Shown: positions 10,016-17,972 of the stretch, piece after piece | Numbering within the stretch: the first letter of the stretch is position 1 | Layout of the letters: the number at the start of each line of letters is the position of its first letter | Assembly: GCA_038045185.1 (NCBI GenBank) | Contig: JBBSYO010000007.1 | Coordinates: forward strand, 18 to 64,017 | Source: Nanobdellota archaeon | Lineage (GTDB): Archaea; Nanobdellota; Nanobdellia; Pacearchaeales; GW2011-AR1 | Direction: 5' to 3' | DNA: 64,000 nucleotides | The notes under the pieces: generated by a model | What the model saw: the letters and a program-made list of their open reading frames with translations, nothing else | The model's database searches: none | What the model was told of the DNA's origin: nothing | Made by a program: the position numbers and the translations under genes

Positions 10016-11251
10016 TCAATCTTTAGACAGGAGCCATTTCCAAACAGGCTTAACTTTTATTGCATAATGGCCAATCTTAAACTCGTCCTCTTGGTTATAT
10101 GTTAAAATAAGGCCCTCTTTTAATTTAAATCTTGTCATGGCTTCTTGCAAACCCTCAATTTCTCTGTCCTTATTGTCATCATTAAAGTCATAGCAAACTT
10201 GAATAGCTTTAGCAATTTCATGTCCGTTGCGAACAACAAAGTCACATTCTCTATTTTCTTTAAAGTAGTATATTTCATCTCTTTTATTTCTTCTAAGTGT
10301 AATAAAAACCAGATTTTCAAGCATTCTTCCCTTATCTTGTGAAAAAGAGGTTGAATTTTTGCTCGCCAATCCATTATCTATGCAATAAATTTTTTTAGGA
10401 AAGACTATTCTTTTTTTCATAGAATAATCAAATCGAGGTACAGTAAAAAGCAAATAACTATCTTCAAAGTAAGAAACAAAAGAAATAATACTATTTATTG
10501 ATCCTAACTTGAATAATTTTTTAAGAGCATTATAGGAGAATTCTTTTCCTATGTTAGTAATAAGATAAATGGCCATAGCATTTAGCGTAGCAACATTGCG
10601 CACCTTGTGGCGTGTTACAATATCTCGCGCTATGATATCTTTTAATAAGTCCTGTAATAAATTAGGAAAGTGGACGCGTAGATATTCTGGAAACCCCCCA
10701 TCAAATAAGTACCGATTAAAAGAGTCTATTCCTTGTTTTTCTTTAGTAAAATACAAGAATTCTTTATAAGAAAATGGAAATATTTCATAAGTAAGGTGAC
10801 GTCCGGTGAGGCGCGTTCCCAATTCTTTGCTTAATAGCGATGCATTTGAGCCAGTTATAATAACGTTCTTTTTGCTATCAACAAGACGACGCACAAAAAG
10901 CTCCCATTTAGGCACGTTTTGTATTTCATCAAAGAAATAATATTCTTGCTTGTCGTATAATTTCCTAAAAACCTCATCAAGTTTCTGAAAATCACTCACT
11001 TCAAAATTAATCACTCTTGGATCTTCAAAGTTAAAATAGTAAGGGCCTTTAACTTTTTTCATAAGTTGACGCATTAAAGTGCTTTTGCCACTTCTTCTCA
11101 CTCCTGATAAAATCAGCGCAAACTGAAGATTAAGCTTTAATTCCTTAGCTTTTTCTCGCTCTACACCGTACCCAAATTGCTTAAGCTCCTCTTTTTGCAG
11201 TTTCACTATTCCTATAAGATCTTCCTTGGTTATCATTTTCTTAGTTTCCAT
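10016..11251 (-). CDS. AAA-type ATPase with DUF4143-like C-terminal domain
   Basis: 411 aa with Walker A GVRRSGKST and Walker B-like YYFFDEIQ. Paralog at 46531..47727. Confidence 0.8.
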   Translation of the reverse strand: METKKMITKEDLIGIVKLQKEELKQFGYGVEREKAKELKLNLQFALILSGVRRSGKSTLMRQLMKKVKGPYYFNFEDPRVINFEVSDFQKLDEVFRKLYDKQEYYFFDEIQNVPKWELFVRRLVDSKKNVIITGSNASLLSKELGTRLTGRHLTYEIFPFSYKEFLYFTKEKQGIDSFNRYLFDGGFPEYLRVHFPNLLQDLLKDIIARDIVTRHKVRNVATLNAMAIYLITNIGKEFSYNALKKLFKLGSINSIISFVSYFEDSYLLFTVPRFDYSMKKRIVFPKKIYCIDNGLASKNSTSFSQDKGRMLENLVFITLRRNKRDEIYYFKENRECDFVVRNGHEIAKAIQVCYDFNDDNKDREIEGLQEAMTRFKLKEGLILTYNQEDEFKIGHYAIKVKPVWKWLLSKD

Positions 11252-11344
11252 AGTTAAACCCCCTTTATAAAGGTTTTCATTAATAATGAAAACCTTTGTT
11301 CACTACCAATGAAAACCCTAACTTAAAATTATGTCGCGAACGTT

Positions 11345-11810
11345 CAAACCACACCCCTCAAAGATGCAAATCTTTGATGACCATCAAGAACCATAGTTCT
11401 TGAGGCTGTGAAATTCTTTGAATTTCGAGGCGCTCAGGAATCACAGATTCCTGACGTTTTATGGCTTCAGGAATGCAGGTGCCAGCATTCTTGATAGTGC
11501 TCAAAAACCAGTGGTTTTTGACATGTAGTGGCGCATCGTGTTTTTGATGCACAAACGTGTCTAAATTTATGAAATATCAAAAAGTCCTTGAGTTCACCAC
11601 ACCTTAAAAGGTGTGGTTTGTGTGGGACTCATCAAAGTCCATTGGACTTTGAATGCCATCAAGAATACAACTTTTTAGTATTCTTGAGGTTTGGATGCAG
11701 GAAAAATCTATGATTTTCTCCTGAACCGAAAATCTCTTGGATTTTCTTGTGCTCAAGGAACTACCACACCATAAATGGTGCGGTTTTAGTCAAGTTCCTT
11801 GACATAATAT
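11345..11810. repeat. Dense array of >=10 short hairpins (TCAAGA.../...TCTTGA family)
   Basis: Examples are TCAAAGAT-GCAA-ATCTTTGA, TCAAGAAC-CATA-GTTCTTGA, TCAAAAACC-AGT-GGTTTTTGA, TCAAAGTCC-ATTG-GACTTTGA and TCAAGAATAC...GTATTCTTGA. Segments recur at 58747-58972, 37809-37957, 61146-61254 and 39156-39220. Confidence 0.8.
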
Positions 11811-11812
11811 GT

Positions 11813-11989
11813 CTACAAATCCCTCGCCTGCAAAGTTCTCCGCCCGTTCAGCTTCGCGCGTTTCGCCGCATCATCAAGAAGCTTAAGCACTTTTTGATTG
11901 AGCGCTTCTGGAACATCACTTGAAACGCTCAATTCAGGCACAGCAGACTTTATCTTGCTTTTAACAATTAGCTCAATGTCTTCAGCCAT
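11813..11989 (-). CDS. Short histone-fold-like protein
   Basis: 58-aa ORF below the track cutoff: MAEDIELIVKSKIKSAVPELSVSSDVPEALNQKVLKLLDDAAKRAKLNGRRTLQARDL. AKLNGRRTLQARDL resembles the AKHAGRKTIKAEDI L2/alpha3 region of archaeal histones. The protein ends right after it. Confidence 0.5.
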   Translation of the reverse strand: MAEDIELIVKSKIKSAVPELSVSSDVPEALNQKVLKLLDDAAKRAKLNGRRTLQARDL

Positions 11990-12090
11990 GACTTAAAATG
12001 AAGATGTTGGTTTATATAATTAGTGCTATATCCGCAGGCACAAGCAAAAAGTTTTTATAGTCCCAAAGACTACAAATAAAGTGAGTTATA

Positions 12091-12303
12091 ATGGTATATT
12101 TCACATCTATAAAGAAATCACTCCATTATATAATTCATCACGAAAGAAATTTCCATTGGAGCAAGGTCATCGAAATAATCCTAAAAACAAAGAACATGAG
12201 AAAGAAAGGAAACAATCTGGAAATAGAAACCTTCGAGTATTACCTGCTTTGTAAGCTGGAAAACAATGTTTTGTGGGTAATAAACGCCAAACACAAAAAA
12301 TGA
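12091..12303 (+). CDS. Small basic protein, putative toxin partner (family not recognised)
   Basis: 70 aa. The stop overlaps the ATG of the next ORF (ATGA), a two-gene module layout. Confidence 0.35.
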   Translation: MVYFTSIKKSLHYIIHHERNFHWSKVIEIILKTKNMRKKGNNLEIETFEYYLLCKLENNVLWVINAKHKK

Positions 12304-12620
12304 ACTGTCCAAACTGTAGCCATAAATTAAAGAAAGTGAAAGTGTCTATCGAGGATGCCAAAACAAAGGCAGTTAGCTACCAATGCTCTAACTGCGATTA
12401 CTATACTTTTGACCCAAAGTCATCAATTCAAGTTATAAGAGAGATAAAAGAGAAAGAATCGCCCCTAAAAATGAAGCAGAAAATAATAAAATTGTCTAAA
12501 GACCGGCTTGGCGTGTATTTCAATCAAGACATTATACGCTCTTTAAATCTAAAATCTGGGGAAAATATTTTAATCTCTGTTCCTGATAAGAAGAGAATAG
12601 TATTAAAATTAGACAAGTAA
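12300..12620 (+). CDS. Zinc-ribbon plus AbrB/SpoVT-like protein (antitoxin-like)
   Basis: ATG at 12300. A CPNC...CSNC zinc ribbon is followed by RLGVYFNQDIIRSLNLKSGENILISV, a swapped-hairpin-like segment. Confidence 0.45.
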   Translation: MNCPNCSHKLKKVKVSIEDAKTKAVSYQCSNCDYYTFDPKSSIQVIREIKEKESPLKMKQKIIKLSKDRLGVYFNQDIIRSLNLKSGENILISVPDKKRIVLKLDK

Positions 12621-12625
12621 ATCTC

Positions 12626-14113
12626 TTACTTACCCTCTTTCTCCGGCTTCATGAACGGAAACAAAATAACATCGCGGATTGAATCCTGCCCTGTCAAAAG
12701 CATAACCATTCTGTCAATTCCAACACCAAGCCCGCCAGTTGGGGGCATGCCAATTTCCAGCGCATTCACAAAATCTTCATCATAAGGGTTGGCTTCTTCA
12801 TCGCCTTTGCTCAACATTTGCTGCTGTTCTTCCAGCAACGAGCGCTGCAAAACAGGATTATTAAGTTCAGAATACGCATTCCCAAGCTCTGCGCCCATGC
12901 AGTATGGCTCAAACCTTTCAATAAGCCGTTGTTCTTTATCTTTGCGGTGAATCTTGCAAAGGGGCGTGGTTTCAATAGGATGGTCAATAATAAAGACAGG
13001 CTCTTCTAAATTAGCTTCGCAAAAGTGCTTGAAAAGCCCCTCAACAGCATATCCCCAGCTTTTTTCTTTGCATTCTATCTTGTGCTTGTCTGCAAGCGCA
13101 AATAATTCCGCATCAGTCATTTCTTCAACATCAATTTTCCCATATTTCTTTATTGCTTGGACCATCGTCAGTTTTTTCCATGGTTTTTTCAGCTCAAGCT
13201 CCTTGCCCCTAAAGTTTATTTTAGTAGTTCCATTAACTTGTTTCGCCACATACACGTATAAATCTTCAAAAAGCTCCATCATGTCATTGTAATCAGCATA
13301 TGCCTGATATACTTCCATCATTGTAAATTCAGGATTATGCCATCTGTCAATTCCTTCATTCCTGAAATTTCGGGCGATAGTAAAAACTTTTTCATAGCCT
13401 CCGACAATCAGGCGTTTTAGGTAAAGTTCAGGGGAAATAGAAAGATACAAATCAATGTCCAAACTGTTCAGGTGCGTCTTGAACGGCCGCGCATTAGCTC
13501 CTCCATAAACACTTTGCAGAGTCGGCGTGTCTGTTTCATGAAATCCTCTCTCTTTCATGAATGCGCGAATCGCATCAATAATTTTCTCTCTCTTGTCAAA
13601 AACACGGCGCACGTCAGGGTTCATGATTAAATCAACATATCTTTTTCTGTATCTTTCTTCTTTGTCCTGTAATCCATGCCATTTTTCAGGCAGAGGCGTC
13701 AGCGACTTGCTCAATAGTTCAACCTTCTTAACAAGAACAGAAATCTCTCCCCTCTTTGTTCTGAAAATTGTCCCTTCAACGCCGACAAAATCTCCTATGT
13801 CTGCATATTTCTTGAAGAAAACCGCAGTCTTGTCAGGCACAGTTCCTTTTTGCAATACGATTTGAATGCGCCCGCTTTCATCCTGCACAACCCCGAAAGA
13901 TATATTTCCCATATCCCTGAAACCCATAAGCCTGCCTGCAATTTTAGCCTTATATGCGTCGCGCCCCTCGTTCTTTAATCCCTTAAATTTCTCGTGCAGC
14001 GAGCCCGCGCTGTCTTTTGGCTCATAGCGATAAGGATAAGGCTCCACACCTATATTTTTCAGCTCGCTTATCTTCTTGAGCCTCTCTTTTACGATTTCCT
14101 CTTGCCGTCCCAT
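12626..14113 (-). CDS. lysS: Lysyl-tRNA synthetase, class II
   Basis: 495 aa with an N-terminal OB-fold region. The class II core includes FRNEG (motif 2 region) and GGLGVGIDRMVMLL (motif 3 region). Confidence 0.9.
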   Translation of the reverse strand: MGRQEEIVKERLKKISELKNIGVEPYPYRYEPKDSAGSLHEKFKGLKNEGRDAYKAKIAGRLMGFRDMGNISFGVVQDESGRIQIVLQKGTVPDKTAVFFKKYADIGDFVGVEGTIFRTKRGEISVLVKKVELLSKSLTPLPEKWHGLQDKEERYRKRYVDLIMNPDVRRVFDKREKIIDAIRAFMKERGFHETDTPTLQSVYGGANARPFKTHLNSLDIDLYLSISPELYLKRLIVGGYEKVFTIARNFRNEGIDRWHNPEFTMMEVYQAYADYNDMMELFEDLYVYVAKQVNGTTKINFRGKELELKKPWKKLTMVQAIKKYGKIDVEEMTDAELFALADKHKIECKEKSWGYAVEGLFKHFCEANLEEPVFIIDHPIETTPLCKIHRKDKEQRLIERFEPYCMGAELGNAYSELNNPVLQRSLLEEQQQMLSKGDEEANPYDEDFVNALEIGMPPTGGLGVGIDRMVMLLTGQDSIRDVILFPFMKPEKEGK

Positions 14114-14208
14114 GCCTTGTTTAGAAAAAAGAGGTTTAAATAACTAGTGCTTAAATCTTCAGATTATCATTATCTGAAGATTCGTAAGAATCGAAGATTT
14201 GAGAATCC

Positions 14209-14357
14209 TCAGATTCTCATAATCCGAAAATCCTTAAAGTCCTGAAATCTTTCATCTTTCTGTTCAGCATTTCGAATTTTTGTGTTGTAAGGTCCTGTCT
14301 TGCACTTAGGTATCATCGCCTCAATAGCTGTAGAATCGCCCTCAATAAAAACCTCAA
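14209..14357 (-). pseudogene. Displaced 3' fragment of acylphosphatase gene (direct-repeat copy 1, full repeat 14149-14357)
   Basis: Encodes only the C-terminal ~49 aa (EVFIEGDSTAIEAMIPKCKTGPYNTKIRNAEQKDERFQDFKDFRIMRI), identical to the end of 15836..16111. There is no N-terminal half. Confidence 0.75.
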
Positions 14358-14728
14358 TGCTTATATCCAAAAACCTTGTCATAATCCTTATGGTCAAAAA
14401 TATCCATAATGAAAGTGATAATTTCAATTTGGTTTCCAGTAATTGTATAAACTAATCTCCACCTGTCCGCCAATTCAATTCTCCAAACATTATCAACATC
14501 AAACTTTTGAATGTACTTTGGAGGCATTTGCCTTTTTAGAACTTGGTCGCCTGCAAAAGGATTTTGTTTTAATAAATCTCTTACCCTAATTATTGACCTT
14601 AATAGTGTCTGATGAAAAGAACTATCAATTCCCTTTAGTTTCTCTTCTCCAACTATTTTATTTAGCTCTTGATAAACATTATCTGCTTCTTCCGAAAGTT
14701 TGACATTAACCTCTTTTCCTTGAAACAT
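14354..14728 (-). CDS. RelE/ParE/YoeB-like toxin with N-terminal extension
   Basis: 124 aa. The C-terminal part NPFAGD...WRIELADRWRLVYTITGNQIEIITFIMDIFDHKDY fits the RelE-superfamily fold. The start shares one nt with the upstream ORF stop (TAATG). Confidence 0.6.
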   Translation of the reverse strand: MFQGKEVNVKLSEEADNVYQELNKIVGEEKLKGIDSSFHQTLLRSIIRVRDLLKQNPFAGDQVLKRQMPPKYIQKFDVDNVWRIELADRWRLVYTITGNQIEIITFIMDIFDHKDYDKVFGYKH

Positions 14729-15000
14729 TATATCTCTCTTGCGTTTTCAATTGCCTTTCTCAATTTAGGGCTGGGATTGTAAATCCATAATATCCCCTTA
14801 TGACTATCAATTATCATTCCTTTTTCCTCTAGATATTTTAAAATTAAGTTTAGAGTTTGGTGCATTATCTTATTAGGCAGTCTTCTCTTTAATTCTTCTC
14901 TGTCTATCGTTGCATCTGCTTCTCTCAAAATTCTTTCTACCATTAACATAGTTCTTAAGCTAGGGTAATGTATTATTTCCTTTTCATTATATATTTCCAT
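14728..15000 (-). CDS. Small winged-helix-like protein (antitoxin/regulator candidate)
   Basis: 90 aa, a paralog of 5837..6118. It lies immediately upstream of, and is translationally coupled to, the RelE-like ORF. Confidence 0.5.
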   Translation of the reverse strand: MEIYNEKEIIHYPSLRTMLMVERILREADATIDREELKRRLPNKIMHQTLNLILKYLEEKGMIIDSHKGILWIYNPSPKLRKAIENAREI

Positions 15001-15132
15001 ACTAATCTTTATATAAACTTATATATAAGCCTTTCGTTTCTATAGTTGTATCTTCTTTCAGACTGAGAAAATTATCTTTGCATACCTTGCCTACTTTAGT
15101 TCGTTAGAAAGGCGGCACAATTTTCGAGGTGC

Positions 15133-15178
15133 TCAAGAACCACACAACACGCCACCTACTTTAGTGGGTGGTTCTTGA
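15133..15178. repeat. Nested hairpin of the TCAAGAAC family
   Basis: TCAAGAACCAC...GTGGTTCTTGA encloses CCACC-TACTTTA-GTGGG. Confidence 0.6.
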
Positions 15179-15254
15179 CAAAAGCCAAAAAGCGCGCGCT
15201 TCCGTCCCCGCTCAAAGAAAAACCATTAAATACCCATTCTAAATCTCTAATATT

Positions 15255-15662
15255 ATGATAATCACAATTTGTGGCAGCTGCACCTTTGCTGAAAAAATGG
15301 GAGAAGCAGCTGACCAACTCAAGAAAAAAGGCCACGAAGTTTTCACTCCTGAACCTCTGGTTACAGAAGAATGGTATCAAGAAAATCATGGTCGTGAAAA
15401 TTTCTTAGAAATGAAACCCGTTTGGACTCAAAATCATTTTAAGAGAATTCAAAATTCTGATGCTGTTTTAATTTTGAATAATGAAAAGAAAGGAATTAAA
15501 GGTTATTTTGGGCCCAATACATTAATGGAATTATCTGTTGCCTTTTTTCTTGACAAAAAAATATTTTTGCTTCATTCAATTAATGAAAACCATCCTTATT
15601 TTGAGGAATTAATTGGAATGAAGTCAATTGTTCTTAATGGCGATTTGGAAGATATTAAGTAG
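15255..15662 (+). CDS. Nucleoside 2-deoxyribosyltransferase-like protein
   Basis: 135 aa. The N-terminal IITICGS and the SDAVLILNNEKKG...GPNTLMELSVAFFLDKKIFLL layout are typical of NDT/Rcl-like Rossmann proteins. Confidence 0.5.
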   Translation: MIITICGSCTFAEKMGEAADQLKKKGHEVFTPEPLVTEEWYQENHGRENFLEMKPVWTQNHFKRIQNSDAVLILNNEKKGIKGYFGPNTLMELSVAFFLDKKIFLLHSINENHPYFEELIGMKSIVLNGDLEDIK

Positions 15663-15783
15663 GCGGGTTACGGCGGACTTTCTCCTAACTTTGTTCAGGA
15701 TGCCTAACCACGATTAACAGGTTCGAAAGTTGCACCATTCACCACCGCCAAAATTTCTGAAGAAACTTCTGTAAATGTCGCAC

Positions 15784-15984
15784 GCTTAAATCTTCATTAT
15801 CTGAAGATTCGTAAGAATCGAAGATTTGAGAATCCTCAGATTCTCATAATCCGAAAATCCTTAAAGTCCTGAAATCTTTCATCTTTCTGTTCAGCATTTC
15901 GTATTTTTGTGTTGTAAGGCCCTGTCTTGCACTTTGGTATCATCGCTTCAATAGCTGTAGAATCGCCCTCAATAAAAACCTCAA
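15784..15984. repeat. Direct-repeat copy 2 (3' end of intact acyP plus downstream sequence)
   Basis: Matches 14149-14357 apart from one 8-nt indel and four substitutions. Confidence 0.85.
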
Positions 15985-16111
15985 CACGCTTGTCTTCAAG
16001 CTCGCGCACAAATCCGCGCACATTCAGTTTGATTGCTTCCTCTTTAACATACGGCAGGAAAAACATTGGTTGTAACGACCCGCTTAAAATAAGGCGCATG
16101 CTCTTTTTCAT
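15836..16111 (-). CDS. acyP: Acylphosphatase-like protein
   Basis: 91 aa. The LSGSLQPMFFLPYVKEEAIKLNVRGFVRELEDKRVEVFIEGD layout follows the acylphosphatase fold pattern, with a diverged phosphate-binding loop. Confidence 0.6.
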   Translation of the reverse strand: MKKSMRLILSGSLQPMFFLPYVKEEAIKLNVRGFVRELEDKRVEVFIEGDSTAIEAMIPKCKTGPYNTKIRNAEQKDERFQDFKDFRIMRI

Positions 16112-16147
16112 GAATATAAGGAAGAACGCTTGTTAATATAACTTGCG

Positions 16148-16936
16148 TCAGGAATGCGCTCCAGGAGCACTCCTTTCTGCCTGTTCGCGTTCAGCCGCCT
16201 TCTCCTGTATCTGAAGCAGTGTTTCCTCAAGCATCCGCAAATGACCAACAGATTTTGCATCAAGACCGAGCACTTTAGCCATTTGTCTGTCGATTTCAAT
16301 AGGCTGGCCTGCGAGAAGTATGCTGTTCGAAGACCCATCGATAATTCCCAAATTAGGCATCTTGCACAACGCAATATCGTGTAGCTGGTATTTCATAGGG
16401 TGGCTATCGAGCTTATTCTTCCGGTTAGAGAAAAATCCTTTGTAGCGACTTGCAGGAAACGCGCCGCGCATATTGGCAACAGACCCTGCAATTACAGTCG
16501 CTTCATCTGTACGCAATGGCGAAGCCGATATAACAAAACTATCTTTAAGTATGATTGGGTACATAATGGTCTCGAACCCGACAAACTCGTTCTTGCCAAT
16601 CGTCTCGCACGCAGTCTTATTCAAGTCAACCAGCCCGATGCCATACGTCTCTGCAAGGCGTCGGTAGCCATACTGGTCATAGATATCCATCGTGTCAGCC
16701 CCATCAACGCCCTCTGCCACAAAGACCTCTGCAGAAGGATTTTTATGTTGCACACAGAATCGGACAAGTTCTTCAATAAAATCAATGTTCGTGCTTTTCC
16801 CTTTATCAGTCACGAGAAGCGGTTTAATCACGATGTGCTCATGTTTTTTGAGTTCCTGATCAAGCTTTATCAACTTCAATAGCTTTGGAACCGTCTCAGC
16901 ATAAGATGCAAACTTGACCGACACTCCCTTTACCAT
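16148..16936 (-). CDS. DUF362-like protein
   Basis: 262 aa. HIVIKPLL..., AEVFVAEG... and IGLVDLN resemble the DUF362 family pattern. Confidence 0.5.
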   Translation of the reverse strand: MVKGVSVKFASYAETVPKLLKLIKLDQELKKHEHIVIKPLLVTDKGKSTNIDFIEELVRFCVQHKNPSAEVFVAEGVDGADTMDIYDQYGYRRLAETYGIGLVDLNKTACETIGKNEFVGFETIMYPIILKDSFVISASPLRTDEATVIAGSVANMRGAFPASRYKGFFSNRKNKLDSHPMKYQLHDIALCKMPNLGIIDGSSNSILLAGQPIEIDRQMAKVLGLDAKSVGHLRMLEETLLQIQEKAAEREQAERSAPGAHS

Positions 16937-17001
16937 GCTTTTTCACACCAACTTGAGTTTTTAAGGATTGTTGTAATGGGAAATAAGAATTGAGCAACAA
17001 T

Positions 17002-17898
17002 TCAGCTCCTGCTGAATATTCTCTTAATGAAGCTAAAAAAGTTAAAGTTTTTTGCTTTTGGGGATAAGTATTTATTCGTGACAGGATAGCAGTCGTTGTT
17101 AGTATTGCACAGATTCGTGCCGTTTCCAGGCACTGTAATGCACGTGTAGTTCGTTGAGCAAACGCGGCGAGTTTGATTAGTTGTTCCACAAGTACTTCCC
17201 TGCGGAGAGCACAAATTGTTCCCAGAGCCATTCACAATTGAACATGTGTTGTTTCTGCACTCTAAATGAGTTTGATTAGTTGTTCCGCAAACACTTCCTT
17301 GCGGAGAGCACGTGTTACTTCCTGTTCCATTTACTCTGGTGCACATATTATTGATGCAGGTTAAACGAGTTTGATTAGTAGAATTTTGGCACTGCGCATT
17401 ATTTGCGCATAAGTTTGCTCCGCCGCCAGCCACAACCACGCAAGCCTGATTTACGCAAGCCAGATGTGTTTGGTTGCCTGCAGTTCCAGTGCACGTAAAG
17501 TTCAACGGCGCGATATTATTATTCTCATTCGATTCGTTTATGACACGGGTATAATCTGCTTCGAGTTGCGCCAGATGGGAACCTACAGGGGTACCAAATA
17601 TAAAATTGGGAAGAGTATCGGTCCCGTTGGATGGCAGGGCAGGGCGGTTCAAATAGGTGGCTGCAGTCGAGCCGTCAAGAATCCAGCGGACAGAGTAATT
17701 AAAGACAGTGCTGCTATCTCCCTGATTGCGTATTTTTCCCGCAAGGCTCACTTCACAGATGGTATTGGAAACAGGATTTACATAGACGACTCGCAAATCC
17801 CGAGGCACGAGGTCAGACAAGGCAGAAGTAAGCTGAGAAGCTGAAATCAAAAATGATAATGAGAGAATCGCAAGGATAACAAAACCGCTCTTTTTCAT
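17002..17898 (-). CDS. Secreted CARDB-like protein with five Cys-rich ~33-aa repeats
   Basis: 298 aa with a signal peptide. The N-terminal beta-sandwich-like part (LRVVYVNPVSNTICEVSLAGKIRNQGDSS) is followed by repeats NQT(H/R)L.C.NN.C..V.G.G.N.C. Many NxT sequons are present. Confidence 0.6.
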   Translation of the reverse strand: MKKSGFVILAILSLSFLISASQLTSALSDLVPRDLRVVYVNPVSNTICEVSLAGKIRNQGDSSTVFNYSVRWILDGSTAATYLNRPALPSNGTDTLPNFIFGTPVGSHLAQLEADYTRVINESNENNNIAPLNFTCTGTAGNQTHLACVNQACVVVAGGGANLCANNAQCQNSTNQTRLTCINNMCTRVNGTGSNTCSPQGSVCGTTNQTHLECRNNTCSIVNGSGNNLCSPQGSTCGTTNQTRRVCSTNYTCITVPGNGTNLCNTNNDCYPVTNKYLSPKAKNFNFFSFIKRIFSRS

Positions 17899-17941
17899 GC
17901 AGTTTATATTCTTAATTAGTATTTAAACTTATTCTCGCACT

Positions 17942-17961
17942 TCTCTCTCTCTCTCTCTCTC
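17942..17961. repeat. (TC)10 dinucleotide microsatellite
   Basis: An uninterrupted TC run between the trmY stop and the TATA box of the 17002..17898 surface-protein gene. Confidence 0.9.
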
Positions 17962-17972
17962 AAGTGACGACA

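Noticed and set aside
11345..11810. Possible CRISPR array, given the many short palindromic units
   Set aside because: There is no constant direct repeat and no regular repeat-spacer periodicity. Each hairpin has a different sequence, and no cas genes are present in the window.
14209..14427. 72-aa track ORF treated as a real gene
   Set aside because: It is a chimera. The C-terminal 49 codons are the duplicated acyP tail. The N-terminal part is antisense to the 3' end of the RelE-like gene.
15662..15783. Possible tRNA or structured RNA (GGCGG...CCGCC ends, GGTTCGAAA segment) downstream of the NDT-like gene
   Set aside because: No consistent cloverleaf could be drawn: there is no D arm, only a 3-bp T stem and a 5-bp terminal helix. 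It is left unannotated.
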